A DNA stretch of 64,000 bases from Patescibacteria group bacterium (GTDB taxonomy: Bacteria > Patescibacteriota > Minisyncoccia > Minisyncoccales > PEYH01), in assembly GCA_018900835.1 (NCBI GenBank), contig JAHIFQ010000015.1:50301-114300 (forward strand), written 5' to 3'. The translations under genes were made by a program, and so were the position numbers. Below are positions 37,632-48,009 of this stretch, piece after piece (the first letter of the stretch is position 1; each line of letters starts with the position of its first letter). The notes under the pieces were generated by a model, which saw nothing but the letters and a program-made list of their open reading frames with translations, ran no database searches and was not told the DNA's origin.

Positions 37632-38590
37632 AATTTTTTTCCCACAAGCTCCGCAAATTCGGCTAATCGAGCTGCGTAGGCATATTCATTATCATACCAA
37701 GCAATCACTTTTACCAAATTCTCATTAACTTTTGTAGATAAAGAATCAATAATTGCAGAATAAGGGTTTCCTTTGAAATCCATTGAAACCAACGGCTCAT
37801 CTTCAACCGCTAAAATATTCTTTAACTCTTTTTTAGCAGCTGATTTGAAAACAGAATTGACATCCTTTGCTGTTGTCTTTTTATCCACAAGGCAAACAAA
37901 ATCAATCAGAGAAACTGTTGTAGTTGGCACTCTTATTGCCATACCATCCAACTTGCCTTTCATATTTGGCATAATTTTGCAAATTGCATTTGTTGCTCCT
38001 GTTGTAGTAGGAATCATATTCATTCCCGCAGTCCTTGCTCTTCTTAAATCATTATGAACTAAATCAAGTATTCTTTGGTCATTGGTATAACTGTGGACAG
38101 TTGTCATAAAGCCCTTTTGAATACCAAAATTGTCATCCAGAACCTTAACAACTGGAGCCAAACAATTAGTAGTACAGGAACCCATATCAACAATATCTTC
38201 ATCTCCTAAAGCATCGTCGTTCACTCCCATAACATAACCCTTGATATCATCTGTTTTGGCAGGAGCGGAAATAATTACTTTTTTAGCGCCTGCTTTTATG
38301 TGTTTTGAGGCGAGTTCTCTTGTCTTAAAAGCGCCCGTGCATTCCAAAACAATATCAACGCCCAAATCCTTCCAAGGAAGTTTTTCTGGGTCTGGTTCAG
38401 AAAAAAACTTGGCTTCCACTTTTTTGTCATAGATTCCGTAAGAAGAATCATACTTAAAAAGATGAAGCAAAGTTTCTCGGTCTGCCAAGTCATTTATAGC
38501 AACGACCTCAATGTTTAAATCGCTTTGCAGAATATGGCGCAAAGTAAGTCGGCCAATTCTTCCAAAGCCGTTTATAGCTATTTTTACCAT
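37628..38590 (-). CDS. gapA: Glyceraldehyde-3-phosphate dehydrogenase
   Basis: KIAINGFGRIGR and SCTTNCLAP active-site motifs. Likely start at MVKIAING. Upstream in-frame Mets lie inside a hairpin. Confidence 0.85.
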   Translation of the reverse strand: MVKIAINGFGRIGRLTLRHILQSDLNIEVVAINDLADRETLLHLFKYDSSYGIYDKKVEAKFFSEPDPEKLPWKDLGVDIVLECTGAFKTRELASKHIKAGAKKVIISAPAKTDDIKGYVMGVNDDALGDEDIVDMGSCTTNCLAPVVKVLDDNFGIQKGFMTTVHSYTNDQRILDLVHNDLRRARTAGMNMIPTTTGATNAICKIMPNMKGKLDGMAIRVPTTTVSLIDFVCLVDKKTTAKDVNSVFKSAAKKELKNILAVEDEPLVSMDFKGNPYSAIIDSLSTKVNENLVKVIAWYDNEYAYAARLAEFAELVGKKL

Positions 38591-38639
38591 GGGCGTTTTT
38601 ACGAGACCCGGCCTCATCAACGAGGCCGGGTCTCGTTGA

Positions 38640-38879
38640 TTAATCTTTAAGGCGGAGTAACTCCATTATTTTTTGCTTATCAAAACCAATCACAATCTCA
38701 TCATCAATTTCTGTTACAGGCACTGCCATTTTGCCTGTTTTTTCAAAGATATAGTTTTGCGCCTCCTCATTGTCGCTCACATCAATAACTTCAAACTTTA
38801 CACCCTTCTCATATAGGAATTGTTTCAATATCTCGCAATAAGGACAACTTGGAGTTGAATATATCTTCACAATAGCCAT
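38640..38879 (-). CDS. Glutaredoxin-like protein (CPYC active site)
   Basis: IYSTPSCPYCEILKQFL. 79 aa. Confidence 0.75.
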   Translation of the reverse strand: MAIVKIYSTPSCPYCEILKQFLYEKGVKFEVIDVSDNEEAQNYIFEKTGKMAVPVTEIDDEIVIGFDKQKIMELLRLKD

Positions 38880-38908
38880 AACAAATAATTAATAATTATT
38901 TATCATTT

Positions 38909-39919
38909 TTATTCACAGCTTCCTGGGTCAACCGCATTCCCGGTTTCATCTATTATTTGACTGCATTCATCAGGAGCATTATTAAAGGCAGAACAAATAG
39001 CATTTTTGTAGTCCTCTGCGCCTCTGGCGCCATCATAAATTATTCCATTGATGACTATGGTTGGAGAACCCGCTATCTTATCTGTCTCCAAACCTTTATG
39101 ACTAGCTGGATTTTGCACAGAATATTGCTGGCTTGTAAGCTCGCTCTCGTGCGCCAATATATCTGTTGCTTCATTCAGCTCGCATCGCTTAATCCTATCC
39201 ACATCAACCCCTGCTCCTCTGGCGATTGATTCCCATTTGCTATCAACATCCTGATAAGTCGCTTGGTCATTAATCGCTTCAATAAAATTCCACAATTTAT
39301 CTGGCTGATATTTCTGGACGCATAATTCTCTTATTCCCTGATTTAACTCCTGAATTCCATGCATTGAACAATACTGTTCTTCTTTATCATAGCAATAGTC
39401 GGGAAAATTATAACCTTGATCTTTACTATAAAGGATATAATGAAGCTGTATGTCCACCTTGTCCCCCAAAAGCTTGGCAACAGGACTCATCAGAGCTTCT
39501 GCCTGATTGCCATAAGGGCAAAATGACATCACAAACAAACCAACTTCCGGCTTGTCTGTTTGGGTGAGCTCCTTTTCTTCAGGAGGATTCATATCAAAAG
39601 AATTGAGAAATAAAATTTTTCCGTCTTTTGTGACATAGACCTTTTCGTTCTGTCCCATAACATCAAATCTTATTTCATAAACGCCGTTCTTTTCATCGCT
39701 CCCAGTCAAAGTAAATTCCGTGCCCGGAGAAGCTAAATTTTCTTCAATGTAGGTAATTGCTTTCTGCGCCGCATCATCCTTAGTCAATTCTCCGCTTACT
39801 CCTGTGCTATTATTGAAAGTTAGGGCGCCAGGAACGAAATTCTGATACAGCAAAATCGCTAACAAGATTGCCGAAATTCCTCCCAAAAAGATAGTTGATG
39901 ACCCCTTTTCTTTGTCCAT
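38909..39919 (-). CDS. Secreted Cys-rich protein, possibly thioredoxin/DsbA-like fold
   Basis: N-terminal TM/signal. VMSFCPYG and multiple C-terminal Cys pairs. Confidence 0.35.
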   Translation of the reverse strand: MDKEKGSSTIFLGGISAILLAILLYQNFVPGALTFNNSTGVSGELTKDDAAQKAITYIEENLASPGTEFTLTGSDEKNGVYEIRFDVMGQNEKVYVTKDGKILFLNSFDMNPPEEKELTQTDKPEVGLFVMSFCPYGNQAEALMSPVAKLLGDKVDIQLHYILYSKDQGYNFPDYCYDKEEQYCSMHGIQELNQGIRELCVQKYQPDKLWNFIEAINDQATYQDVDSKWESIARGAGVDVDRIKRCELNEATDILAHESELTSQQYSVQNPASHKGLETDKIAGSPTIVINGIIYDGARGAEDYKNAICSAFNNAPDECSQIIDETGNAVDPGSCE

Positions 39920-39986
39920 AGTATTAACAGTTAATGATTATTAATTAATTGTCGGTTAATTGTAATTGATAATTTTAACACAATAC

Positions 39987-40745
39987 CTAATTTTTGAAAA
40001 CCTTTCCTTGATTAATCACCTCTTTGGTGGCTTGCTTAATCTTTTGCGAATCGCCGAGATAGTAATGCTGAATCGGTTTTAGATTTTCATCCAATTCATA
40101 AACAAGCGGGATGCCAGTGGGGATATTTAATTTCGGGATTTCTTCGGGAGAGATATTATCAAGATGTCTTATCAATGCTCTCAAGCTGTTCCCATGCGCG
40201 CAGATTAAAACCTTTTTTCCTGATTTAATCGCTGGAATTATTTTCTCTTCCCAATACGGGAGCAATCTTTTCTCTGTATCTTTAAGCGATTCAGCTAAAG
40301 GGATTTCTTCTTCTTTAAGGTCTTGGTACAAAGGGTCTTTGCCTGGATATCTTTCATCCTCTTCTGTGATGGCTGGCGGTCTTTGGTCATAGCTTCTTCT
40401 CCATAACAGAACTTGTTTTTCTCCATATTTTTCAGCTGTATCCGCCTTGTTTAAGCCCTGCAATGCGCCGTAATGCCTTTCATTTAAACGCCAGGACTTT
40501 TCCACAGGCATATTTTCCAAACCCATCTCTGCCAAAACAATCTCCAATGTTTTAGTTGCCTTTTTCAAAACTGATGTGAATGCCATATCAAAAAAATATT
40601 CTTCTTGCTTAAGGATTTTTCCTGCCTCAATCGCTTCTTGCTCGCCTTTTTCTGTTAGACCAACATCAGTCCATCCGGTAAAGCGATTTTCCTTATTCCA
40701 AACACTTTCCCCATGCCTTAATAAAACCAATTTATACATTTTCAT
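39987..40745 (-). CDS. gpmA: 2,3-bisphosphoglycerate-dependent phosphoglycerate mutase
   Basis: [22 protein letters not shown] (RHGE phosphohistidine motif). Confidence 0.85.
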   Translation of the reverse strand: MKMYKLVLLRHGESVWNKENRFTGWTDVGLTEKGEQEAIEAGKILKQEEYFFDMAFTSVLKKATKTLEIVLAEMGLENMPVEKSWRLNERHYGALQGLNKADTAEKYGEKQVLLWRRSYDQRPPAITEEDERYPGKDPLYQDLKEEEIPLAESLKDTEKRLLPYWEEKIIPAIKSGKKVLICAHGNSLRALIRHLDNISPEEIPKLNIPTGIPLVYELDENLKPIQHYYLGDSQKIKQATKEVINQGKVFKN

Positions 40746-40772
40746 CGATAAATTTAAGAGTAAATCATTCTA

Positions 40773-41408
40773 TTATTCTATTATTACATCGTCAACGGAA
40801 TAAAGAAATTGAGAACTGTCAATCATCAGATTATATATGTCTATATACTGATTGTCTAAAAGCGTAATTTCTAAATAGCCGTTTTCCACGGGCACAATGA
40901 CATCTGTAATGATATCCCCTGCCTTGAATCCCATAGACGCATCGCGGAGATATTCTGTTTTATACTGCGGAACTTCTACCTCTAAATCGCCGACCATAAT
41001 TTTGTCTAAAACAACATTTTTGTCCTCATCTGTCTTGCGAAAAGGAACAATAATTTCCTCATATTGCTGAATTGTCCGGAAATTAATAGCAAACATCAAA
41101 TCCTTTGCCATAGTAATACTACAATCATTGGCCTTCAGGGCTTCAACTTTTTCCTTGGGTCCGAACACTATGGTCTTGGCGCATTTATCATTTGCCCAGA
41201 TTTCAGGATACTTTATTTCATACCCATACTCTTCATTGGTATATGTCTGCCAATTTGTAATATCTTCTACTATTGGCGCTGGTGTTGGATTTGGTGATAG
41301 AGTTTCTCCCTCTGGCCAAAACTGCCAAATTAAGAAAGCTGTAACAATAATTCCGAAAACAAAGACAAGATACAAAATGTTTTTACTTTTCATTTTCTTT
41401 TTCTTCAA
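40773..41408 (-). CDS. Membrane-anchored hypothetical protein, paralog of 42590-43231
   Basis: WQFW TM anchor, Pro/Thr linker, TNEEYGYEIKYPEIW motif shared with the paralog. Confidence 0.45.
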   Translation of the reverse strand: MKKKKMKSKNILYLVFVFGIIVTAFLIWQFWPEGETLSPNPTPAPIVEDITNWQTYTNEEYGYEIKYPEIWANDKCAKTIVFGPKEKVEALKANDCSITMAKDLMFAINFRTIQQYEEIIVPFRKTDEDKNVVLDKIMVGDLEVEVPQYKTEYLRDASMGFKAGDIITDVIVPVENGYLEITLLDNQYIDIYNLMIDSSQFLYSVDDVIIE

Positions 41409-42609
41409 TTAATAATAATCTATTATACTTTGCCAGTCGTTCAGGCATAACTGGCGCGCCTGATTTAATGAAATCAGCGCCAACCCCGATTGCAAAGTCA
41501 GCAATGAAATCATCCATTGTTTCTCCTGAACGATGAGAAACCATTATTTTCCATTGATGCGCTTTTGCCAATTTTATTGCCTCTATTGCTTCGCTAACTG
41601 TTCCTATTTGATTTACTTTAATAATTACTCCGTTGCAAGCTGTTTTTTCAATCGCTTCTTGTATTCTCAATGGATTTGTGACCAATAAATCATCCCCGAT
41701 AATTGTCATCTTACTCCCCATCTTATTATAAATCCCTTGAAATCCCTGCCAATCATCTTCTGCAAAAGGATCTTCAAAACCAATAATAGGATATTTTACA
41801 ATCAAATTATTATAAAATTCAAGCAATGCGCTTCTGCTGAAAGGCAGGCCTTCAAGCTGATAATTTTCTCCATCTTGGAAATGAGTGGCAGCACAATCAA
41901 GAAGAAATCCAACTTCTTTTTTATTAAACCCAGCTTTAACCACCGCTTCTTGCAAAAAATCCAATGCTTCAATAGTAGAGGGAATCATCGGAGCAAATCC
42001 TCCTTCATCCCCTATCGGAAGTTTATCAAACTTCCTGCTTAAAATTCCTTTTAGTGATTGATAAATATCTTTTGCTGACTGAAAATTTTCTGAAAAACTA
42101 TTCATTTGGGGAACAATCATAAACTCTTGAATATCTAAATCATTATTAGCGTGAGCTCCCCCATTGATGATATTAAAACAAGCTAAAGGCATCTTAAAAT
42201 TTTCAATGTTTAGAGGTTCAACCTCTAAACATTGGGAGATGTGTTTGTAGAGAGGGATGTTTTTAGTTTGAGCGCCGAGCTTGGAAATTGCCATTGAGAC
42301 CCCGACAATTGCGTTGCCACCAAGCACCGATTTATCAGCTGTTCCATCAATCTCAAGCATTAAATTATCTATTTCTTTTTGATTTGTTGGGTCCTTGCCA
42401 ATTAATTGCGGGGCAATGATTTCATTTACATTTTTAATCGCTTTTGGAACATCTATGACTTTTGCTTCCAGCTTACCAGTGGAAGCGCCAGAAGGAACCC
42501 CTGCTTTAACAGAAAAATCAGAGGTTTCTGCTATAACCTCTATTGTCGGATTCTTTCGCGAATCCAATATTATCTGCGCTGTAATTGATTTAATCTTCAC
42601 CATTTTCAT
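41383..42609 (-). CDS. eno: Enolase, carrying an in-frame palindromic-element insertion
   Basis: SITAQIILDSRKNPTIEV N-terminus, NIINGGAHA, KVNQIGTVSEAIEA. Likely start MVKIKSI. Confidence 0.85.
   Translation of the reverse strand: MKMVKIKSITAQIILDSRKNPTIEVIAETSDFSVKAGVPSGASTGKLEAKVIDVPKAIKNVNEIIAPQLIGKDPTNQKEIDNLMLEIDGTADKSVLGGNAIVGVSMAISKLGAQTKNIPLYKHISQCLEVEPLNIENFKMPLACFNIINGGAHANNDLDIQEFMIVPQMNSFSENFQSAKDIYQSLKGILSRKFDKLPIGDEGGFAPMIPSTIEALDFLQEAVVKAGFNKKEVGFLLDCAATHFQDGENYQLEGLPFSRSALLEFYNNLIVKYPIIGFEDPFAEDDWQGFQGIYNKMGSKMTIIGDDLLVTNPLRIQEAIEKTACNGVIIKVNQIGTVSEAIEAIKLAKAHQWKIMVSHRSGETMDDFIADFAIGVGADFIKSGAPVMPERLAKYNRLLLIEEKENEK
42204..42234. repeat. Palindromic element family 2, copy C, in-frame inside eno (encodes ~QCLEVEPLNIE)
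   Basis: CAATGTTTAGAGGTTCAACCTCTAAACATTG (15+1+15). Confidence 0.85.
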
Positions 42610-43231
42610 TAATAAACTTAAATGTGGAAAGGATTTGTTCAAATGTATTAAGCTCCGGACTACAGTTTGGATAATAACTAATTTCAATTATATTAATGTC
42701 TTTTTTGAATAACACGATTATATTATCGTTGGGATATCCTCCTATTTGGTAAAATTTTAAAGCTTCTTGGTCACTAACGATTGTTTTTTCGAGTTGCGCT
42801 TCTTTAGAATTGAAATAAGATTTACCGCTTTCTTGATGCACATCGGTCCCAAATTCAGCCTCAGTAGAATTATCTGCGAACCACTCTTCTAAACTCTTAT
42901 TTAATGGGTTTGACTTAATATAAATAATAAACTCGCATCCTCCAGATGGATTCTCTTTGTATTCTTCGTTTCTAAAAAGAACATAGTCAGATTTTTCGCT
43001 GATATAATAAAAGTTCGGATACCTTATCTCATATCCATATTCCTCGTTTCTGTATGTCTCCCAATCCGTGGTTTCGTCAATGGGCGGAGTTGATGTTGGT
43101 GTAGTTGCGGACACTGGTGGTGTTGGGGACGGTATTTCTTCTCCTGGCCCTGACCAGAACTGCCAGACCAAAATTCCGCCGATGATTACGACAAAAAGAC
43201 AAATGATTAAAATGCCGATAGGTTTAATCAT
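42590..43231 (-). CDS. Membrane-anchored hypothetical protein, paralog of 40773-41408
   Basis: WQFW, PTPPVSATTPTSTPP linker, RNEEYGYEIRYPNFY. Confidence 0.45.
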   Translation of the reverse strand: MIKPIGILIICLFVVIIGGILVWQFWSGPGEEIPSPTPPVSATTPTSTPPIDETTDWETYRNEEYGYEIRYPNFYYISEKSDYVLFRNEEYKENPSGGCEFIIYIKSNPLNKSLEEWFADNSTEAEFGTDVHQESGKSYFNSKEAQLEKTIVSDQEALKFYQIGGYPNDNIIVLFKKDINIIEISYYPNCSPELNTFEQILSTFKFINENGED

Positions 43232-43267
43232 ATTATTATTGATTATTGATAAATGATTATTTATTAA

Positions 43268-44200
43268 TTATTTATTCAAGTCGCGGAGATAATCATAAAC
43301 AGAAAGCGCTGCCTTGGCGCCTTCTCCTGCAGCAATAACAATTTGATTGTATTTCACATCCGTGACATCCCCGGCGGAGAACAGTCCTGGTGTTTTTGTC
43401 TGGCAGGTCTTGGGGTCAATAACAATCTCGTCTTTCTCATTGAAATCAACCATTTCTTTAATAAACGAAGTGGCTGGCTGAGTGCCGACTGACACAAAAA
43501 CCCCTTCCACATTAAGATTTTTCTTTTGTTTGCTTTTCACATCCTGATAAGTTATCTTTTCAACCTTATTCCCTCCTTCAATGCTTTTAAGCGCAGATGA
43601 AGTAAGAATTTCAATTTTCTCATTATTCCGCGCTCTTTCCTGTTCCAATTCATCCGCAGCCAATTTGTCTTGAAATTCAAGCAAATAAACCTTGGAAGCG
43701 TAATTGGTCAACTCTATCGCTGCCTTAACCCCAGAGTTGCCTCCGCCAATAACAGCCACTGGCTTGTCTTTGAAAAACGGAGCGTCACAGGTTGTGCAAT
43801 AAGTTACGCCCTTACTGATAAACTCTTTTTCTCCCGGAACTTCAAGCGGTCTTGGGTCTGCTCCTGTGGCAATAATCACAGAAAGAGAAATAAATCGGTC
43901 GCCTTTTTTGGTAATAAGTTCAAAAATTTGATTTTCCTTATCAATCTTGATAACTTCGTCGTCAATGATTTTCGCTCCATATTTTTTAATATGGTCTTCA
44001 AATTTCTTAGCCAAATCCATTCCATTAATATCAGGCATACCCGGATAATTTTCCACAGACACTGCCCACTTCATTTGTCCTTGAAAATCCTTGGAAATAA
44101 TCAATGTTCTTAATTTCTTCCTTAGAGCGTAAATACCGGCAGTGACGCCTGCCGGACCTCCACCGATAATTATTAAATCATATAAAACCTGATTTTCCAT
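43268..44200 (-). CDS. trxB: Thioredoxin-disulfide reductase-like FAD/NAD(P)-binding flavoprotein
   Basis: DLIIIGGGPAGVTAG FAD motif, CTTC redox pair, second GGGNSG NADPH motif. Confidence 0.7.
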   Translation of the reverse strand: MENQVLYDLIIIGGGPAGVTAGIYALRKKLRTLIISKDFQGQMKWAVSVENYPGMPDINGMDLAKKFEDHIKKYGAKIIDDEVIKIDKENQIFELITKKGDRFISLSVIIATGADPRPLEVPGEKEFISKGVTYCTTCDAPFFKDKPVAVIGGGNSGVKAAIELTNYASKVYLLEFQDKLAADELEQERARNNEKIEILTSSALKSIEGGNKVEKITYQDVKSKQKKNLNVEGVFVSVGTQPATSFIKEMVDFNEKDEIVIDPKTCQTKTPGLFSAGDVTDVKYNQIVIAAGEGAKAALSVYDYLRDLNK

Positions 44201-44202
44201 AT

Positions 44203-45090
44203 TTAAATTAAATTATTTTCTTTTGCGAATTTTTTAAGTTCCGCTCCGTAGCGCGGGTCTTTTAAGGTCAAATAAAGGTCGGTTTTCAGCCAAGCCATTT
44301 TGTTCCCGCACTCAAGCCATTTTCCCTCAAATTCATAGCCATATATGCTTTTGCCTGCTTGAAGCATTTTGTCAAAAGTATCAGCCAAAATAATCTCCTG
44401 TTTTTCATTGGGTTTGGCTATTTTTAGAAAATCAAAGACCTCTGGAGTTAATATATATTTCCCAACAATAGCCAAGTCAGACGGTTCTTCGCCTGGTTTG
44501 GGTTTTTCAACAATTTTCTTTACCTTATAAACCCGGTTAGCGATTTTTTCCACTTGGACTACTCCGTATGAAGGAAGTAATTCTTTCGGCAGACGGCAAA
44601 GCGCTAAAACTGGTCTTTGGCAGGTTGCGTAAACATTTATAAGCTGCTGTAAGCAAGGAACATCTGAATCAACTATGTCGTCGCCAAAAAGCACTCCGAC
44701 TGGCTCTTTTCTTATTTTCGGAAGCGCCTGTAATATAGCATGCCCATCGCCCAACGGCCTCTCTTGTATTACTGAAGAAAATGTTATGCCTTTAATCAGT
44801 TCTTCTAATCCCTCCAAAGCGTCAATTGCTTCTGTTTTTTTTCTGCTGTGAAGAATCTTTTTTAATGATATTGGAGAATTCTTAAAATAATCAAGAATAA
44901 TTTTTTTGTCTTTGTTGGTTACGAAAATTATTTCTTCAATTCCTGACGCTTTTGCCTCTTCAACAATAAACTGTATTGCTGGCATATCAACAACTGGCCA
45001 AATTTCTTTTGGCATTATTGTTGATAACGGTAAAAACCGTGTGCCTAATCCTGCAATCGGCAGAATCGCTTTTTTAATTTCGCTGTTCAT
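44203..45090 (-). CDS. galU: UTP--glucose-1-phosphate uridylyltransferase
   Basis: KAILPIAGLGTRFLPLSTIMPKEIWPVVD. Confidence 0.75.
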   Translation of the reverse strand: MNSEIKKAILPIAGLGTRFLPLSTIMPKEIWPVVDMPAIQFIVEEAKASGIEEIIFVTNKDKKIILDYFKNSPISLKKILHSRKKTEAIDALEGLEELIKGITFSSVIQERPLGDGHAILQALPKIRKEPVGVLFGDDIVDSDVPCLQQLINVYATCQRPVLALCRLPKELLPSYGVVQVEKIANRVYKVKKIVEKPKPGEEPSDLAIVGKYILTPEVFDFLKIAKPNEKQEIILADTFDKMLQAGKSIYGYEFEGKWLECGNKMAWLKTDLYLTLKDPRYGAELKKFAKENNLI

Positions 45091-45143
45091 ATGTTCATAA
45101 AAGATAATTATTTATAAATTACAGAGGTCAGTCCTTTATTATG

Positions 45144-46553
45144 TTATCGATTATTGACCTTGCGGAGGAATGCTGGAATTTCCCACTTATTTTCTTCTTC
45201 AAGCATCTTTTTTTCATCATCAACCGCCTGCTTCTGCAAATCCAAAGCATTCCTGCGAATATTTGTCTTTTTGACAATCTGAAGCTTTTTAACCTTGTTC
45301 TTCTTTTTTATTATTTTTGGCTTCTCTTCTTTGTTGTCTGGTGCCTGTGGTATTTTTACTTCCTCTAATTTTTCCTTAGGTTTAGCGATACTTGCTTCAG
45401 AGGGCATTTTTTCTTCTTCCTTTTTCTGCTCCGACTCATTAATCGCCCCTGCTTTGATTTCATCTTTCTGTTTTCTTATTATTTTCTTTTTTGGCTTGGG
45501 CTTTTCCTTTGCGCCGCAACCAACAGCCATTAAAGTAATTTTTAATTTTCCTTGATGTTGAGCGTCCTGCATTACTCCAAAAATGATTTTTGCCTGCGGG
45601 TTATAGGCCTCAATTTTTTTGCAGATTTCCTCAACTTCGCTCATCTTCATATCTTTGGAGCCCACGATGTTGAATAGCATTCTTTCAACCCCTGAAATAT
45701 CATAATTCATCAAAGGATTATTTAAAACCGCTTCTGCCACCTTTTCTGCTCTGCTTGCGCCGCTGAACTCTTGCGAATTGAGATAAGTTAATTGGCCTTC
45801 TTTTTCTAATACAGCCCTAAAATCGGAAAAATCAAGATTAATCAGACCAGGGAGATACAATGTTTCAATAAAGCCCTCTAAAATCTCGACTAATGCATTA
45901 TTCATCACTGACAATGACTTATGAATCGGTGTTTTTTCGTCAATAATTTTAAAAATCCTTTGGTTTGGAATTATGGTAAAAGCATTTATGTTCTGCTTTA
46001 TTTTCTCAAGAGAAGCCCTAGCTATTCTTCCCCTTTCATTGCCTTCAAATGCGAAAGGCATGGTAAATATCCCGAGTGATAAAATACTCAAACTCTTAGC
46101 AATTTCCGCAAACACTGGCGTTGCCCCAGAGCCAGTTCCTCCACCTAAGCAGGAAATGAATATACAAAAATCACAATTTTTTAAAAGTTTCTCTATTGAT
46201 TTCTTATCTTGTAAAGCGGATTTTTCTCCAAGTTCAATATTCATTCCACAGCCAAGCCCTCTTGTTATCTCCTTGCCGAAATAAAAAGCTCCTGCTTGTT
46301 TAGGAACCATTTTGATTGCTTGATAATCAACATTAGCAACAATGAACTTAATCTTGTTTAAGTGAGGCAATTTTTTTCTGTATATTGTTTTGGCGATTTC
46401 TCCAACAATGGAACCGCCTCCCCCGCCAATTCCAATTATACCTATCCTTGGATGGAAAAATGTTTCCTGTTTCAGCTTCTTAGGCACGACACCCACAACC
46501 TTGGCCTTTGCTCTAATTTTGGATTTTTCGTTTTGGATTTTGGATTTGGACAT
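45144..46553 (-). CDS. ftsZ: Cell division GTPase FtsZ
   Basis: IGIGGGGGSIVGEIA tubulin signature, GGGTGSGA. Lys/Glu-rich C-terminal tail. Confidence 0.85.
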   Translation of the reverse strand: MSKSKIQNEKSKIRAKAKVVGVVPKKLKQETFFHPRIGIIGIGGGGGSIVGEIAKTIYRKKLPHLNKIKFIVANVDYQAIKMVPKQAGAFYFGKEITRGLGCGMNIELGEKSALQDKKSIEKLLKNCDFCIFISCLGGGTGSGATPVFAEIAKSLSILSLGIFTMPFAFEGNERGRIARASLEKIKQNINAFTIIPNQRIFKIIDEKTPIHKSLSVMNNALVEILEGFIETLYLPGLINLDFSDFRAVLEKEGQLTYLNSQEFSGASRAEKVAEAVLNNPLMNYDISGVERMLFNIVGSKDMKMSEVEEICKKIEAYNPQAKIIFGVMQDAQHQGKLKITLMAVGCGAKEKPKPKKKIIRKQKDEIKAGAINESEQKKEEEKMPSEASIAKPKEKLEEVKIPQAPDNKEEKPKIIKKKNKVKKLQIVKKTNIRRNALDLQKQAVDDEKKMLEEENKWEIPAFLRKVNNR

Positions 46554-46656
46554 TTATTTGGACATTTATTTGGATTTTGGGATTTGAAATTTCTATCTTC
46601 AATTTAACCCTAAAAATCAATTCAGTCAATGTTGTAGGCCAATTCGAGAAACCCAT

Positions 46657-46679
46657 TTTGGAAACCTGGTTTCCAAAAG
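46657..46679. repeat. Palindromic element family 3 copy (with degenerate family-2 remnant CAATGTTGTAGG at 46627-46638)
   Basis: TTTTGGAAACC-T-GGTTTCCAAAA. Confidence 0.75.
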
Positions 46680-46682
46680 ATA

Positions 46683-47927
46683 TTAAATAAGGACTTTTTG
46701 CTTGATGAGATTCTTTTTTTCCAGTTCAGAGAAAATTCTGACTTTTCCGAACACGCCATCATAACCCGGTTCAATATTCACCCTTCCTTGTCTTGCCCTT
46801 ATTATTCCTTCGGCGATATGAATTGAAGCAATGTTTTCCAAATCGCTTTGCTCAACATTAAGCAGGATATTAAATTCATTTTTAAACTCGTTTATCAGTT
46901 TGTCATATTCAATAACAACTTTCTTCGCGCTTACTCCGCAACCAAGGGCTTCAGCAATAACCTCTTTCAGTGGAATCAAGCTCTTGAATGGGACAGCTCC
47001 TTTAGGAATGAATCCTTCTTCTTTGTCAGATAGTTTGCTTATCCGGTTCACAACCCCAAGAGTAAGTGGCTTTCCGCAGACAGGGCAAACATTATTGTAT
47101 TTTTTTGATTCTATTGGGGACAAAGAAATTTCGCAAGCCCTATGCCCGTCATAATGGTATTTTCCCTCTTCAGGGAAAAACTCAATGGTGTAGAGAAATT
47201 TTTTAGGGTCCTTGGATTTAATCGCTTCAATAATTCCGGCATAACTCAAATCCGTGTCAAAAACATTTGCCTCTCTGCCTAATTTTTCCGGCGAATGAGC
47301 GTCAGAATTTGAAATCAAAGCCACTCGCCTGCCATCAGGAATCCTCCATATCATTGAAGGGTCAGCAGACAGGCCTGTTTCTAAGGCGAAAATGTATTTA
47401 GAATAATCGTCAAAACATTCTTCTATTGAATCAAATCCTGATTTTGAGCCAAAAATAGCAAACCACGGAGTCATACAATGAGCTGGCACAAAAAGGCAAT
47501 TCTCATCCGCTTCCAATACAATTTTTAAAAGTTCTTTTGAATTTAATCCCAAAATAGGCCTTCCATCTGAATGAATATTTCCTATTTTTGAAAGCGTCTT
47601 ATTGATCTTCTCAACTGCTTCCAGCGAAGGAGCAAAAATAATATTATGGACTTTTCGCACCTTTTCCTTATATGAATAAATACAGCTTATTTCCGAACTT
47701 AATAAAAAACGAATCTCATCTTGAGATTTTTTTAACTTAAACAGACCTTGCTCTGCTGGTTCTAATTTTTCTTCAATTTCTTTAATCCATTCAGGATGAG
47801 TAAAGTCCCCTGTGCCAACAACCCGTATCCCCTTAATTTTAGCTGATTCAGCAATATGCTCTAAATCCGCGCTTGGAGAAGTGGCGCGAGAGTATTTTGA
47901 GTGGATATGGAGGTCAGCTATAAACAT
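46683..47927 (-). CDS. PHP-domain metal-dependent phosphoesterase, endonuclease Q-like (TIGR00375-like) with C-terminal Cys cluster
   Basis: MFIADLHIHSKYSRATS PHP motif I. C-terminal NNVCPVCGKPL. Confidence 0.4.
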   Translation of the reverse strand: MFIADLHIHSKYSRATSPSADLEHIAESAKIKGIRVVGTGDFTHPEWIKEIEEKLEPAEQGLFKLKKSQDEIRFLLSSEISCIYSYKEKVRKVHNIIFAPSLEAVEKINKTLSKIGNIHSDGRPILGLNSKELLKIVLEADENCLFVPAHCMTPWFAIFGSKSGFDSIEECFDDYSKYIFALETGLSADPSMIWRIPDGRRVALISNSDAHSPEKLGREANVFDTDLSYAGIIEAIKSKDPKKFLYTIEFFPEEGKYHYDGHRACEISLSPIESKKYNNVCPVCGKPLTLGVVNRISKLSDKEEGFIPKGAVPFKSLIPLKEVIAEALGCGVSAKKVVIEYDKLINEFKNEFNILLNVEQSDLENIASIHIAEGIIRARQGRVNIEPGYDGVFGKVRIFSELEKKNLIKQKVLI

Positions 47928-48009
47928 AGAATATGAATTTCTAATTTTTAATTTTTAATCAATGATTTAATGACTTAATGTTTCAAAATTCAAAATTCAA
48001 AATTGTAAA

